This document shows, piece after piece, positions 1 through 10,429 of a stretch of DNA of 64,000 nucleotides. The notes under the pieces were generated by a model that was given only the letters and a program-made list of their open reading frames with translations, was not told the DNA's origin and did not search any database. The stretch is from a virus: IMG/VR virus record IMGVR_UViG_3300010885_004110, positions 58,588 through 122,587 of that record; one strand, written 5' to 3'. Made by a program: the position numbers and the translations under genes. The stretch's first letter is position 1, and every line of letters starts with the position of its first letter.

Positions 1-3000
1 TTGCCTGCTAGTCTACAAAAAGGTGCTAAGGAATTTATAGCCTTCGGTGGTGCCACTACTGATGCTGGTAGAGAATTTGCAACATTCATGCAGAAAGGTG
101 CAGGAGCATCTAATGCAGCATTTAGAGAAATTGAACAAAGTGGTACGTTGTCACAGAAAGGTGCCGATGCTGTATACAGTGCTATTAAAGAAGATGCCGA
201 TGCACTTAAGAAAAGCGGTACCGGTAAATTAATTGCCAACGTTGGTAATGGTGCGCAACAGGCCATTGCATTAGATGCAATGAATCTTTCCGCAAGAAAA
301 ACTACAACATCACAAATACAAAAGCAACAAGAAGAAGAATTAGCAGCACAAAAAGAAAGAACTAAGAAAGCTCAGGAAGGAATGAATCCTGAGGCAATGA
401 TGAAATTCCAACAGTTGATTGCTGAAACAAGTAATCGATTTACAGAGATGGTTGGTAATCATTTACCTCAACTACAAAGTATGTTTACAAAGCTAGCAGG
501 CTTTGTCGAGTCGTATGTACTACCAGCATTTTCTTTAATTGCAAAACACATTGAAATTGTTGTTGCTGGTATGATTGCACTAAAAGTAGCACAGCTGGCT
601 TATAAAGCTGCAATGTTTGTTGAGAAGATGAAAGAAGGTAAACGTCCAGCAGGTACCTCGGCTGATCCAATTCATACTACCGATGGTGGCAAAGGTGGTG
701 GACTTGACGGCGGTAATGGTAAGGGCGGTAAGAAAGGTGGCAAAGCAGGTGGAATGAAAGGTGCAGGCGGCCTCGTAAAAGGGGTAGCAGTGCTTGGTGC
801 AGTAACAGCACTAGTTGGTTTGTATGATGATATCAAAGATGTTAATAAAGAAGTTGATTCTGGAGATATCACCGAACGTGAAGGAACTGTAAAGAAAGGT
901 GAAGCTGTTGGTACCGCTGCAGGTACCGCAGGGGGAGCATGGGCCGGAGCAGCCGCAGGAGCAGCTATTGGTTCAGTAGTACCTATTGTTGGTACAGTTG
1001 TAGGCGGCTTAATTGGCGGAGCCATTGGTGGTTGGTTGGGTGGAAAAGGTGGTGCAATGATTGGTAGTAGTGTAACAGAAGCTGTTACAGAATTATCAAT
1101 GGACGATCTCAAGAAAGATAAAAATCTTTATAAACAATATCTAGACAAGTATAATGAATCGCTAAACCGCAATTTAAAATTAGGTAAATCCAAAGAAGAA
1201 GCAGATAAACTTGCAATAGCAGAAGCCAATAAAGCCCTCAATGTTAAGAAAGAAGAAATAAAAGTCACCAAAGCCAAAATTGAAGCAGATGCAAAAGCAG
1301 CAGATGCAGCAAAAACAGCAGCAGCAACACCAGCCGAACCTGCGCCAGAATTAGATTTTGGTGATCCACAAAAACTATTTGATTCATTTAAGAAGCGCCA
1401 AGATGCACTATCCGGACAACCGCAAGTTGCACCTCCTGCCGGCAACGTTCCTGCTCCGGCAGCAGTAGTACCACCGGGCGGCGCTGTTGCTACTCCTCCA
1501 CCACTTAAGCAAGATCAAACTAAAAATATGGAGTTGATTAAAGCAGCTCTACAAAAACAAGGAATAACAGATCCTAAGTACATTGCAGCAACACTTGGCA
1601 ATGTTATGAAAGAGACTGGCGGTCAAAGTAAGTCGGAAAATTTAGATTACTCTAAAACTAGTAATGATAGAATTAAATCAGTATTTGGTTCTAGAGCAGC
1701 AGGCAAGACTGATCAAGAATTAAATCAAATAAAATCAGACCCTAAACAAATGGGTGAGATGATGTATGGCGCAAGTACTAAAATGGGCCAACAGATGGGC
1801 AACACTGAACCGGGCGACGGTTGGAAATATCGAGGTCGTGGCTTTATTCAACTTACTGGTAAAAGCAATTATGCACAGGCATCTAAGGCAATTTATGGTG
1901 ACGACAGGTTAGTTCAAAACCCAGACTTGGTAAATGACCCAGCAGTAGCAGCTGAAGTTAGTGCTTGGTACATGAAGAAAGGCAAGTCAGCAATGGCTGC
2001 TAAAATGGGCATAGACGAAAAGAATATGTCTCAAGGTGATGCTAACTTATTAGCAACTAGTCAAATTGCAGGTGGTGATGTCCGCAAAAAAGGTAGTTAC
2101 CTAGCCGGCGAAGTAATGAATAAAGTTACTGCATATTCTGGACAAATGGCTGGTATTGCCGGAACAGCCCCAAGTGCAGAAGCAGCAACAGCGTTAGCAG
2201 CTAATAAAAAATTACCAGCAGCAGCACCGGTTGTTGCGGCAGCAGCACCGGTCGTTGCAGCAGCACCTCCAACAGATAAAAAATTACCAGCAGCAGCACC
2301 GGTTGTTGCGGCAGCACTGCCGACAGATAAAAATAAGACAGATGCAGCTAACCCAATGGCTAAAGATCCATCACAACAAGTAGCCACAGCACAACCAACA
2401 GATAAGAATAAGAAAGATACTGCACTAGCACAGCCAGTTGGACAGCAGACTGCTCCCGGTAATAATAACTATGATTTTGGAATGTCAGTTGCAATTGCCG
2501 GACAAACATTCCAGGCAGCGGTATTAAAAAGTGCTCAACTAATTGATACTACTTTTGGAAAATTTAGTGCTTCTTTTGATAAAACAAAATCAGTATCGCC
2601 TAATGAAACAAATGCAAAAGTAGCAAATGAGAATTTGCAGAAAAGTATTGATAGTACTTTTGGAAAATTTAGTACTGATGTTACATCAATGTCAACTGAT
2701 GCAACAATGGCCAATGCCGCAAATCAAAACTTACAGAAAAGTATTGATAGTACTTTTGGAAATTTTAGTACTGATTTTGCAAAGATGTCATCAACTTCAA
2801 CAATGGCCAATGCGGCAAATGAAAATTTACAGAAGAGTATTGATGCCACTCTTGGAAATTTTAGCACTGATTTTGCAACTATATCATCTGATAAAACACC
2901 GGCCGACACGGGACCTAGTAATCTACAAAAAATTATAGATAGTATTGTTGGAAATTTTAGTTCGTTGTTTGATAACACAAAAGTAGAATCACCTGATATA

Positions 3001-3531
3001 AATCTAGCAAATGAAAATTTACAGAAAAGTATGGATACTGCTTTTGGAAATTTTAGTTCGTTGTTTGATAACACAAAAGTAGAACAGCCTGACACAACAG
3101 CATTATCAGATAATACAAAAGAATTATTAACAAGTGCTCAGATGATTGATACTACTTTTGGAAAAGTTGGATCACTATTTGAAAAAACACAATTATCTTC
3201 ACCGGACGCATCAACTGCAACCGCAACAGTTTCAGCAGATACAACAAAAGCATTAATAGAAAAAATGTTTGCAGACAGCCAAACACAATTAGCCCAACTA
3301 CAAACAATAAAAGACTCAAAAGCAAGTGATACTGAAACTAAACCTGGACCAGGAACAGGAGCTCCGGGTGCCGGTGGAGTTTCAACTCTTAATGAAGTGG
3401 TAGCTAGTTTAGAAATGTTAAATAAACAGATAGGACAATTAATTGGTATAAGTAGAACTACCGCCGATTTAAATGAAAGTCAGCTACGTGTACAAAAGAA
3501 CATGGGTGGTGACATGTTCTTATCAGCTTAA
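1..3531 (+). CDS. Tape-measure/baseplate-hub-like virion protein with a GH19 (chitinase-like) lysozyme domain; 5' end lies outside the window
   Basis: Helical Ala/Gly-rich N-part with a glycine-zipper segment (GAWAGAAAGAAIGSVVPIVGTVVGGLIGG). GH19 motifs at about 1528-2130: KETGG..ENLDYS and GDGWKYRGRGFIQLTGKSNY. Lies directly upstream of the portal gene. Confidence 0.75.
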   Translation: MPASLQKGAKEFIAFGGATTDAGREFATFMQKGAGASNAAFREIEQSGTLSQKGADAVYSAIKEDADALKKSGTGKLIANVGNGAQQAIALDAMNLSARKTTTSQIQKQQEEELAAQKERTKKAQEGMNPEAMMKFQQLIAETSNRFTEMVGNHLPQLQSMFTKLAGFVESYVLPAFSLIAKHIEIVVAGMIALKVAQLAYKAAMFVEKMKEGKRPAGTSADPIHTTDGGKGGGLDGGNGKGGKKGGKAGGMKGAGGLVKGVAVLGAVTALVGLYDDIKDVNKEVDSGDITEREGTVKKGEAVGTAAGTAGGAWAGAAAGAAIGSVVPIVGTVVGGLIGGAIGGWLGGKGGAMIGSSVTEAVTELSMDDLKKDKNLYKQYLDKYNESLNRNLKLGKSKEEADKLAIAEANKALNVKKEEIKVTKAKIEADAKAADAAKTAAATPAEPAPELDFGDPQKLFDSFKKRQDALSGQPQVAPPAGNVPAPAAVVPPGGAVATPPPLKQDQTKNMELIKAALQKQGITDPKYIAATLGNVMKETGGQSKSENLDYSKTSNDRIKSVFGSRAAGKTDQELNQIKSDPKQMGEMMYGASTKMGQQMGNTEPGDGWKYRGRGFIQLTGKSNYAQASKAIYGDDRLVQNPDLVNDPAVAAEVSAWYMKKGKSAMAAKMGIDEKNMSQGDANLLATSQIAGGDVRKKGSYLAGEVMNKVTAYSGQMAGIAGTAPSAEAATALAANKKLPAAAPVVAAAAPVVAAAPPTDKKLPAAAPVVAAALPTDKNKTDAANPMAKDPSQQVATAQPTDKNKKDTALAQPVGQQTAPGNNNYDFGMSVAIAGQTFQAAVLKSAQLIDTTFGKFSASFDKTKSVSPNETNAKVANENLQKSIDSTFGKFSTDVTSMSTDATMANAANQNLQKSIDSTFGNFSTDFAKMSSTSTMANAANENLQKSIDATLGNFSTDFATISSDKTPADTGPSNLQKIIDSIVGNFSSLFDNTKVESPDINLANENLQKSMDTAFGNFSSLFDNTKVEQPDTTALSDNTKELLTSAQMIDTTFGKVGSLFEKTQLSSPDASTATATVSADTTKALIEKMFADSQTQLAQLQTIKDSKASDTETKPGPGTGAPGAGGVSTLNEVVASLEMLNKQIGQLIGISRTTADLNESQLRVQKNMGGDMFLSA
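2623..3102 (+). repeat. Five in-frame 96-nt (32-aa) tandem repeats, consensus ANENLQKSIDSTFGNFS
   Basis: Copies start near 2623, 2719, 2815, 2911 and 3007. Degenerate SAQ(L/M)IDTTFGK copies flank both sides. Confidence 0.85.
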
Positions 3532-3542
3532 CGGAATAACGC

Positions 3543-5243
3543 ATGTCTTGGAAAAAATATTTTACACCAGTAAACGTCGATAACCAAAGGGGCAACATAA
3601 GCCCAATTGGCAGTGGCGGCCGCCCCGGCCCTGCTAGATCAAACTATTCTAGCTTTTTACCCGATGTATATGCCGGAGCACCGAATCGTGTTGACAAATA
3701 TATGCAATACGACACTATGGATATGGACAGTGAGGTTAATGCTGCTCTAGACATTCTTGCAGAATTCTGTACACAAAAAGACAAAGAAAACTCAACAGCC
3801 TTTCATATTTTCTTTAGAGGACAACCAACTTCAACTGAAGTTAAATTAATCAAAGAAAGTCTTCAAAAGTGGAGTAAACAACAAAAATTTGAAACTAGGA
3901 TTTTCCGTATTGTACGCAATGCATTCAAATACGGAGACTGTTTCTTTATTCGTGATCCACAGACTCTAAAATGGTTATTTGTTGATGCAGCTAAAGTTAG
4001 CAAAATTATTGTTAATGAAAGTGAAGGTAAAGTTCCCGAACAATATGTAGTTAGAGATATAAACTTTAATTTCAAAGAGTTAATCGCAGTAACGCCACAC
4101 GGTACTACCAATACAGCACCCAGTGGTACTAGTTCTTACACTAGTGGAGGAGGAGGCGGTAGAGGTATGGTAGGTTCGGCAGCACAGCCTCCAGGCACTC
4201 GTTTTAGTAATCAAACTAACGAAGTTACAGTTGATGCTAAAAATGTTGTACATATTAGTCTAAGCGAAGGGTTAGATAACAATTATCCGTTTGGTAATTC
4301 GTTATTAGAATCAGTATTCAAAGTCTACAAGCAGAAAGAATTGCTTGAAGATGCTATTATTATCTATCGTATACAACGTGCTCCGGAACGTAGAATCTTC
4401 TATATTGACGTAGGTAATATGCCAGCACACATGGCTATGAGTTTTGTAGAACGTGTTAAAAATGAAATACATCAACGCAGAATTCCTAGTTCAACAGGTG
4501 GTGGCACTAATATGGTTGATGCTAGCTACAACCCACTGTCAGCATCGGAAGATTACTTTTTCCCGCAAACAGCAGAAGGCCGTGGATCAAAAGTTGATAC
4601 ATTACCGGGCGGCACTAATCTAGGTGAAATTACAGACTTACGTTATTTTACCAATAAGTTATTCCGTGCGTTACGCATCCCTAGTAGCTACTTGCCAACG
4701 TCAGTTGATGATGCAAGTAACACAGTAGCTGACGGAAAAGTTGGAACAGCTTATATTCAAGAGCTACGTTTTAACAAATACTGCGAACGTTTACAATCAA
4801 TGGTTGTAGAAACATTCGACGAAGAATTTAAATATTGGTTAGTAAACAATGGTATTAACATTGATAACAGCATATTTGAATTAAAGTTTAATCCACCACA
4901 GAATTTTGCGGCTTATCGTCAAAGCGAGTTAGATACTACTCGTGCAGCTACGTTTGCTACTTTACAAGAAATACCGCATTTAAGTAAACGATTTGCATTA
5001 AAACGATACTTAGGATTAACCGAAGAAGAGATTAAAGAAAACGAAAAATTATGGCGTGAAGAAAACGGCAAAAATCTTAAACCTACAATAGATGCTAGTG
5101 GGCAAATGAGAAGTGTTGGTATTACGCCCGGTGGAATGGAAGCTGAAGTAGGCGGTCAAGATGCCGAAGCAGACATGGAAGCACCCCCAGAAACAGGGGA
5201 GCAGCCAGCTGAAGCAGCGACCCCAGATCAAGTAGTACAGTAA
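3543..5243 (+). CDS. gp20: Portal protein (T4 gp20 family)
   Basis: LLEDAIIIYRIQRAPERRIFYIDVGNMP and EDYFFPQTAEGRGSKVDTLPGG are gp20 signatures; 566 aa. Confidence 0.97.
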   Translation: MSWKKYFTPVNVDNQRGNISPIGSGGRPGPARSNYSSFLPDVYAGAPNRVDKYMQYDTMDMDSEVNAALDILAEFCTQKDKENSTAFHIFFRGQPTSTEVKLIKESLQKWSKQQKFETRIFRIVRNAFKYGDCFFIRDPQTLKWLFVDAAKVSKIIVNESEGKVPEQYVVRDINFNFKELIAVTPHGTTNTAPSGTSSYTSGGGGGRGMVGSAAQPPGTRFSNQTNEVTVDAKNVVHISLSEGLDNNYPFGNSLLESVFKVYKQKELLEDAIIIYRIQRAPERRIFYIDVGNMPAHMAMSFVERVKNEIHQRRIPSSTGGGTNMVDASYNPLSASEDYFFPQTAEGRGSKVDTLPGGTNLGEITDLRYFTNKLFRALRIPSSYLPTSVDDASNTVADGKVGTAYIQELRFNKYCERLQSMVVETFDEEFKYWLVNNGINIDNSIFELKFNPPQNFAAYRQSELDTTRAATFATLQEIPHLSKRFALKRYLGLTEEEIKENEKLWREENGKNLKPTIDASGQMRSVGITPGGMEAEVGGQDAEADMEAPPETGEQPAEAATPDQVVQ

Positions 5244-5253
5244 TAAATACATT

Positions 5254-5505
5254 ATGCTTCTACTAGAGTTCCTTTATTTTAATGATAACAACAACGACTT
5301 TGCAGTTGATCGTCGCTACGACAACGCCAATGATAGATCTGTGGTTAAGAAAAGCGACACCAGAAAAATTCGCTTGACTTTAAGACAACTAAATCAATTG
5401 AGAATGCAAAGCGAAGCACATGAATATGAGCAAGAAAGTGAGCTAGGCTTTGTAGGACAAATGTACGGGGCCCAAGCAAGTGCAGAAGAACAACCAGCAG
5501 CATAA
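5254..5505 (+). CDS. Small hypothetical head-module protein
   Basis: Clean ORF after the portal gene, preceded by a TAAATA late-promoter motif. Confidence 0.75.
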   Translation: MLLLEFLYFNDNNNDFAVDRRYDNANDRSVVKKSDTRKIRLTLRQLNQLRMQSEAHEYEQESELGFVGQMYGAQASAEEQPAA

Positions 5506-6124
5506 TCCAGCATTTGTGTTGGGGAATGGTACTAGTAGAGCTAATTTAAACCATCAGCTATTGTTAGACAAAGGCATTGTTTATGCCTGTAATGCAATGT
5601 ATCGAGAGTTTGAACCGCATTATTTAATAGCTGTAGATGTTAAAATGGTTAATGAAATCATAGCTAGCGGCTATCATAAAACACATGCGGTATGGACAAA
5701 CCCTAATAAAGGGGTTTCTACAAAACACCATATAAACATTTTTAATCCACATAAAGGTTGGAGCTCGGGTCCAACAGCACTGAACTTTTCAGCATCTCAT
5801 AGCCACAAATTAATATACATATTTGGTTTTGACTATCAAGGTGTAAATGGAAAATTTAACAATGTATATGCAGATACATTTAACTACAAGAAAAGCACAG
5901 ATTCTGCAACATTTCACGGTAACTGGCTAAGTCAAACAGAAAAAACAATTCGAGATTTTAGGCATACTAATTTTGTTAGAGTTATTAATTCTGGAGATTT
6001 TATACCAGATCAATTACATCAACAGCATTTACCTAATCTACGACACATGACTTATGAAGAATTTGGAAAAATATATCCGGAATGTATTTACAATGCCGAA
6101 ACTCTTCAAAAAAGTACCATTTAA
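5480..6124 (+). CDS. DUF115/MptE-like (Maf or sialyltransferase-like fold) protein
   Basis: Pattern AFVLGNGTSR..VYACNAMYR..LIAVD..SSGPTAL..IYIFGFDY; GTG start overlaps the upstream gene. Confidence 0.55.
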   Translation: MQKNNQQHNPAFVLGNGTSRANLNHQLLLDKGIVYACNAMYREFEPHYLIAVDVKMVNEIIASGYHKTHAVWTNPNKGVSTKHHINIFNPHKGWSSGPTALNFSASHSHKLIYIFGFDYQGVNGKFNNVYADTFNYKKSTDSATFHGNWLSQTEKTIRDFRHTNFVRVINSGDFIPDQLHQQHLPNLRHMTYEEFGKIYPECIYNAETLQKSTI

Positions 6125-6188
6125 CCATAGATTGTAATCATAGTGTTAAATAAAGACACAGCCTAACCATCTTGAAGGAGATTATAGC

Positions 6189-7088
6189 ATGGCAGACAAA
6201 TCATTATTAGAACAAATGCTTGAACGTTTAGTAAACGACGATCAAGCTAAAGCAGAAGAATTATTCCACGAGTACGTAGTAGCAAAGTCACGTGAAATCT
6301 ATGAAAATCTTATCGAAGCCGAAATGACCGGCGATGAAGATGATACAGGTGAAGCAGACGATACAGACGTTGATGAGAATTTTGAAAATGCTGCATTTGA
6401 AGGCGACGACGAAGACACTGACGACTTTGGTGGTCCAAGCGGTGACATGGGCGACGATCTAGAAGGCGAGTTAGACGGCGAAGGCGACCTAGGCGATAAA
6501 GAGCCAGGCGAATTATTTCAAGACCTAAGTGCTATTGTAGATGAACTACAAGCTAAGTTTGATGCACAAGGCATGGGCGGCGATCACAGCGAGCCTGATA
6601 TGGACAATATGGGTGGACCAAGTGACCACGATGCAGACAATGAAAATTTTGACTTAGCAACAGTACGTGAGTATGTTGACAAAGTTCCAGGTGGCCACGG
6701 TGCTGAGAAGAAAGGACAAGCTGAAGGTCAATTCAGCGGTACAGGTTCACTAAGCGACAAGCCAAGTGTAAACACTAAGCCAATCGTTGCAGGTAAAAAC
6801 GACATGGGCGGCACAGCAGGTAATATTGCTCAGAGCAAAGAAGAAGCTGCAAAGTTTGCCGGTGCAGGTGGCGGACAACTAAGCGGTTCTAGCTTATTCA
6901 AAGGCACACCAAAAGAAAATAACGCAGGTAATATCAATGTTCCAGGCGGCAAGGCAGGTTCAGCTTTCTCTAAGAAAGAACCAGGTCACGGCGCTGAGAA
7001 AAAAGGTCAAGGTGAAGGTCAGTTCAGCGGTAAAGGCGGATCTGCAGGCAGCACCGAGACTACAAGTCTTTTCCGTGGTCGTAGATAA
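6189..7088 (+). CDS. Acidic prohead core/scaffold-associated protein
   Basis: Very acidic, low complexity, located between portal and protease. GGAG SD. Internal duplication GHGAEKKGQ(A/G)EGQFSG. Confidence 0.65.
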   Translation: MADKSLLEQMLERLVNDDQAKAEELFHEYVVAKSREIYENLIEAEMTGDEDDTGEADDTDVDENFENAAFEGDDEDTDDFGGPSGDMGDDLEGELDGEGDLGDKEPGELFQDLSAIVDELQAKFDAQGMGGDHSEPDMDNMGGPSDHDADNENFDLATVREYVDKVPGGHGAEKKGQAEGQFSGTGSLSDKPSVNTKPIVAGKNDMGGTAGNIAQSKEEAAKFAGAGGGQLSGSSLFKGTPKENNAGNINVPGGKAGSAFSKKEPGHGAEKKGQGEGQFSGKGGSAGSTETTSLFRGRR

Positions 7089-7100
7089 TAGGACGCAGAG

Positions 7101-7727
7101 GTGAAAAATTACCTAAGCGAACATTTGAATTTCGACCAAGCCAAGATTGTTTTGGAGAGCGAAGGTGAGGGCGACGTAAAGTCGCTACACATGAATGGTA
7201 TCTGTATCCAGGGTGATATCCGAAATCAGAACCAGCGTGTTTATTCTTCTCAAGAAATTGGCAGGGCTGTCAAGACGCTCAACGAACAGATCGAAGGTGG
7301 ATATTCAGTTTGCGGGGAATTAGATCATCCGGCGGATTTAAAAATAAATCTAGATCGTGTTAGTCATATGATTACCAAGATGTGGATGGACGGTCCTAAC
7401 GGCTACGGAAAACTTAAAATAATCCCGACTCCAATGGGTCAATTAGTGACCACAATGTTGCAGTCGGGTGTTAAGTTAGGTGTATCAAGCAGGGGTTCTG
7501 GTGAAGTAGACGGCGATGGTAATGTCAAAGGTTTTGAGATTATCACTGTTGATATTGTAGCGCAACCTTCCGCCCCGGGAGCATACCCAACACCAGTATA
7601 CGAACATTTAATGAATACATTAGGTGGAAATAAGGCATATAAAATAGCACAAGAAGTTCAAGGCGACCCTAAGGCACAGAAATACCTAGCAGAGAGTCTG
7701 ATGAGAATCATCAGAGGTCTCAAATAA
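7101..7727 (+). CDS. gp21: Prohead core protein protease (T4 gp21 family)
   Basis: NQNQRVY, GELDHP, RVSHMI, LGVSSRGSG and DIVAQPSAPGA motifs; GTG start. Confidence 0.95.
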   Translation: MKNYLSEHLNFDQAKIVLESEGEGDVKSLHMNGICIQGDIRNQNQRVYSSQEIGRAVKTLNEQIEGGYSVCGELDHPADLKINLDRVSHMITKMWMDGPNGYGKLKIIPTPMGQLVTTMLQSGVKLGVSSRGSGEVDGDGNVKGFEIITVDIVAQPSAPGAYPTPVYEHLMNTLGGNKAYKIAQEVQGDPKAQKYLAESLMRIIRGLK

Positions 7728-7742
7728 CAGTAGGAGAATCAC

Positions 7743-8834
7743 ATGCTAGACATCGTAAAACAATTGTTTGAGAACAATGTGATTTCCGAAGAAATCAAAT
7801 CGGAAATTGAAAACAGCTGGTCACAGCGAATTCAAGAAAACCGTGAACAAGTCACAGCAACACTTCGTGAAGAATTTGCTCAGAAGTATGAGCACGATAA
7901 AAATACAATGGTCGAAGCCGTAGAATCCATGTTAACAGACCGCTTACAAGCGGAGTTAGGTGAATTGGCTGAAGATCGTCAAACTTTAATCGACGCAAAA
8001 GCACGTTACGCAGCTAAGATGGGTCAAGATTCCACCGCAATGGAATCTTTTATCTTGAATAATCTACGTAAAGAACTTAGCGAACTACACGAAGATCGTA
8101 AGGCAGTTGCAAATAATGTTGCAAAATTAGAATCTTTTATTGTGGATGCACTAGCGAAAGAAATCGCAGAATTCCACTCTGACAAACAAGACTTAGCTGA
8201 AACTAAAGTCAAATTGGTTCGCGAAAGCAGAGCCAAGTTTGAAACAATTAAGAAAGATTTTATTCAGCGTTCAGCAAAAATCGTTCAGGAAACAGTCGCA
8301 AAAGGACTTAAATCTGAAATGGTTCAGCTACGTGAAGACATTGATGCTGCCCGTAGAAACGACTTTGGTCGCAGAATTTTTGAATCGTTTGCTAGCGAAT
8401 ACGCTGCAAGTCATCTCAATGAGAAATCAGAAACAGTTAAACTTATAAAAGCATTTGCCGTAAAAGAGCAAGAGCTTGAGCAAGCTGCAAAGATTGTTGC
8501 AGAGTCACAAAAGTTAGTAGAAAGTAAGAATGCAGAATTACGCATCGCAAGAGATATGGCAACTCGCAAGGAAGTTATGGGCGAATTGTTAGGGCCATTG
8601 GGCGGCGACAAGCGTGTAGTAATGAAAGAATTACTAGAAAGTGTTCAGACAGAAAAATTACGTAATGCTTACGACAAGTATCTACCATCAGTAATGAATG
8701 GTGCGGCACCGGCGAAGAAAGCACTTACAGAAGGCAAAGAAATTACAGGCGATAAGAAGGCACAACAACTCAGTGGTGAGGAAAAAACCGCTGAAATTTT
8801 TGACATCCGCAGGCTTGCGGGACTTAAAGTTTAA
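7743..8834 (+). CDS. gp22: Prohead core scaffold protein (gp22-like)
   Basis: Coiled-coil, Glu-rich protein between protease and major capsid gene; AGGAG SD. Confidence 0.8.
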   Translation: MLDIVKQLFENNVISEEIKSEIENSWSQRIQENREQVTATLREEFAQKYEHDKNTMVEAVESMLTDRLQAELGELAEDRQTLIDAKARYAAKMGQDSTAMESFILNNLRKELSELHEDRKAVANNVAKLESFIVDALAKEIAEFHSDKQDLAETKVKLVRESRAKFETIKKDFIQRSAKIVQETVAKGLKSEMVQLREDIDAARRNDFGRRIFESFASEYAASHLNEKSETVKLIKAFAVKEQELEQAAKIVAESQKLVESKNAELRIARDMATRKEVMGELLGPLGGDKRVVMKELLESVQTEKLRNAYDKYLPSVMNGAAPAKKALTEGKEITGDKKAQQLSGEEKTAEIFDIRRLAGLKV

Positions 8835-8845
8835 GGAGAACTACA

Positions 8846-10018
8846 ATGTCACAACTACTCGAGTCACGCTGGTCGGAAACCAAAGAGGCACTATTAGAAG
8901 GCCTAAATGGTAACAAGCGTACAGTTATGGCTACTACTCTGGAAAATACCCGCAAGTATTTGGCAGAAAGTGCTACTGCTGGAGCTACATCCGCCGGCAA
9001 CGTTGCAACACTTAACCGTGTTATTCTACCCGTCATCCGACGTGTAATGCCAACCGTTATCGCTAACGAGTTGGTAGGTGTCCAGCCTATGACTGGACCA
9101 GTTGGTCAAATTCACACTCTACGTGTACGCTATGCAGATAGCTTCACAGGTAGCGCAGGTGGATCTGCCACTGCAGGTGAAGAAGCATTAAGCCCATTCA
9201 AAATCGCAGAAGGCTATTCTGGTAACACAAGCGGCAAAGCTGACGCTACTGCTGCTAAAGAAGGCGCTGCTGGTAACAGAATGAGCATCCAAATCTTGAA
9301 ACAAACCGTCGAAGCTAAGACACGTAAATTGTCTGCTCGTTGGACTTTCGAGGCTGCTCAAGATGCACAAGCCCAACAAGGCATTGACATCGAAGCAGAA
9401 ATTATGGCTGCTTTGGCACAAGAAATTACTGCTGAAATCGACCAAGAAGTTCTACGTAGCTTGGCTACATTAGCTTCTGGTGCTGGTAACACAGTAGCAT
9501 ACGATCAGACAGCAGTGTCTGGTACAGCTACATTCGTTGGTGACGAGCATGCCGCATTGGCAGTTGCTATCAACCGTGTATCTAACACAATCGCTCAACG
9601 CACACGTCGTGGTGCAGGTAACTGGGCAGTTGTTTCCCCAACAGCATTGACAATTCTACAAAGTGCTACAACTTCTGCGTTCGCAAGAACAACAGAAGGT
9701 ACATTCGAAGCACCTACAAACACTAAGTTTGTTGGTACATTGAATAGCGCAATGAAGATCTATGTTAACACATATGCTGATGATGATACAGTTCTAGTTG
9801 GTTTCAAAGGCTCTTCTGAGTCTGATGCAGCAGCATTCTATTGCCCATACATTCCATTGATGAGCAGTGGTGTTGTTCTTGATCCATCTACTTTCGAACC
9901 AGTCGTTTCATTCATGACACGTTATGGTTATGTTGAGTTAACAAACACAGCATCTTCTCTAGGTAACGCAGCTGACTACCTAGGTCGCGTAACAGTAGCA
10001 GGTGCATCATTTACCTAA
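8846..10018 (+). CDS. gp23: Major capsid protein (T4 gp23 family)
   Basis: GVQPMTGPVGQI, VEAKTRKLSARWTFEAAQD, AFYCPYIPL and FMTRYG motifs; AAGGAG SD. Confidence 0.98.
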   Translation: MSQLLESRWSETKEALLEGLNGNKRTVMATTLENTRKYLAESATAGATSAGNVATLNRVILPVIRRVMPTVIANELVGVQPMTGPVGQIHTLRVRYADSFTGSAGGSATAGEEALSPFKIAEGYSGNTSGKADATAAKEGAAGNRMSIQILKQTVEAKTRKLSARWTFEAAQDAQAQQGIDIEAEIMAALAQEITAEIDQEVLRSLATLASGAGNTVAYDQTAVSGTATFVGDEHAALAVAINRVSNTIAQRTRRGAGNWAVVSPTALTILQSATTSAFARTTEGTFEAPTNTKFVGTLNSAMKIYVNTYADDDTVLVGFKGSSESDAAAFYCPYIPLMSSGVVLDPSTFEPVVSFMTRYGYVELTNTASSLGNAADYLGRVTVAGASFT

Positions 10019-10039
10019 TCTAAAAATTAGGTTAAAGTC

Positions 10040-10066
10040 AAAAAGGACCTTCGGGTCCTTTTTGTT
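10040..10066 (+). terminator. Intrinsic terminator after the capsid gene
   Basis: AAAAAGGACC-TTCG-GGTCCTTTTT, a UUCG-loop hairpin with a U-tract. Confidence 0.9.
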
Positions 10067-10085
10067 TGACTTAAATATCTAAGTT

Positions 10086-10355
10086 ATGCAAATAGAAAGC
10101 GATAAAGATTTTCAACAACTACGTAATCAATTTAATGCGTGGCGTAGTCGATTTCCTATGTTTACTCATGATGTACGTCAAATTGAAAAAATTATAGATT
10201 TTCACATACAACAGCACAGTAAAATTATGGTGTTGTATAGACAAACACACAACAAAAGTTATCTAGAAAAAGCCCAATTAGAAATAGATGCTATCAATCA
10301 AGTTATAGCTACAGTGGAAAAATTGGAGTTAGTGGCTATGCTGAGTCGCGGATAA
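10086..10355 (+). CDS. Hypothetical protein
   Basis: 89-aa ORF with TAAATA 8 nt upstream. Confidence 0.7.
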   Translation: MQIESDKDFQQLRNQFNAWRSRFPMFTHDVRQIEKIIDFHIQQHSKIMVLYRQTHNKSYLEKAQLEIDAINQVIATVEKLELVAMLSRG

Positions 10356-10429
10356 ATAAAGTATCTAGAAATGATTGCGCGGCGCCACCGTGCAGGACCT
10401 AGAACGTCACTCAACCAGGAGAAAATCAA

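Noticed and set aside
2623-3102. Regularly spaced DNA repeats as a possible CRISPR or mini-array
   Set aside because: The 96-nt period is in frame, the repeats are degenerate at wobble positions and the 'spacers' are related to each other; this is a coding repeat. No cas gene is present.
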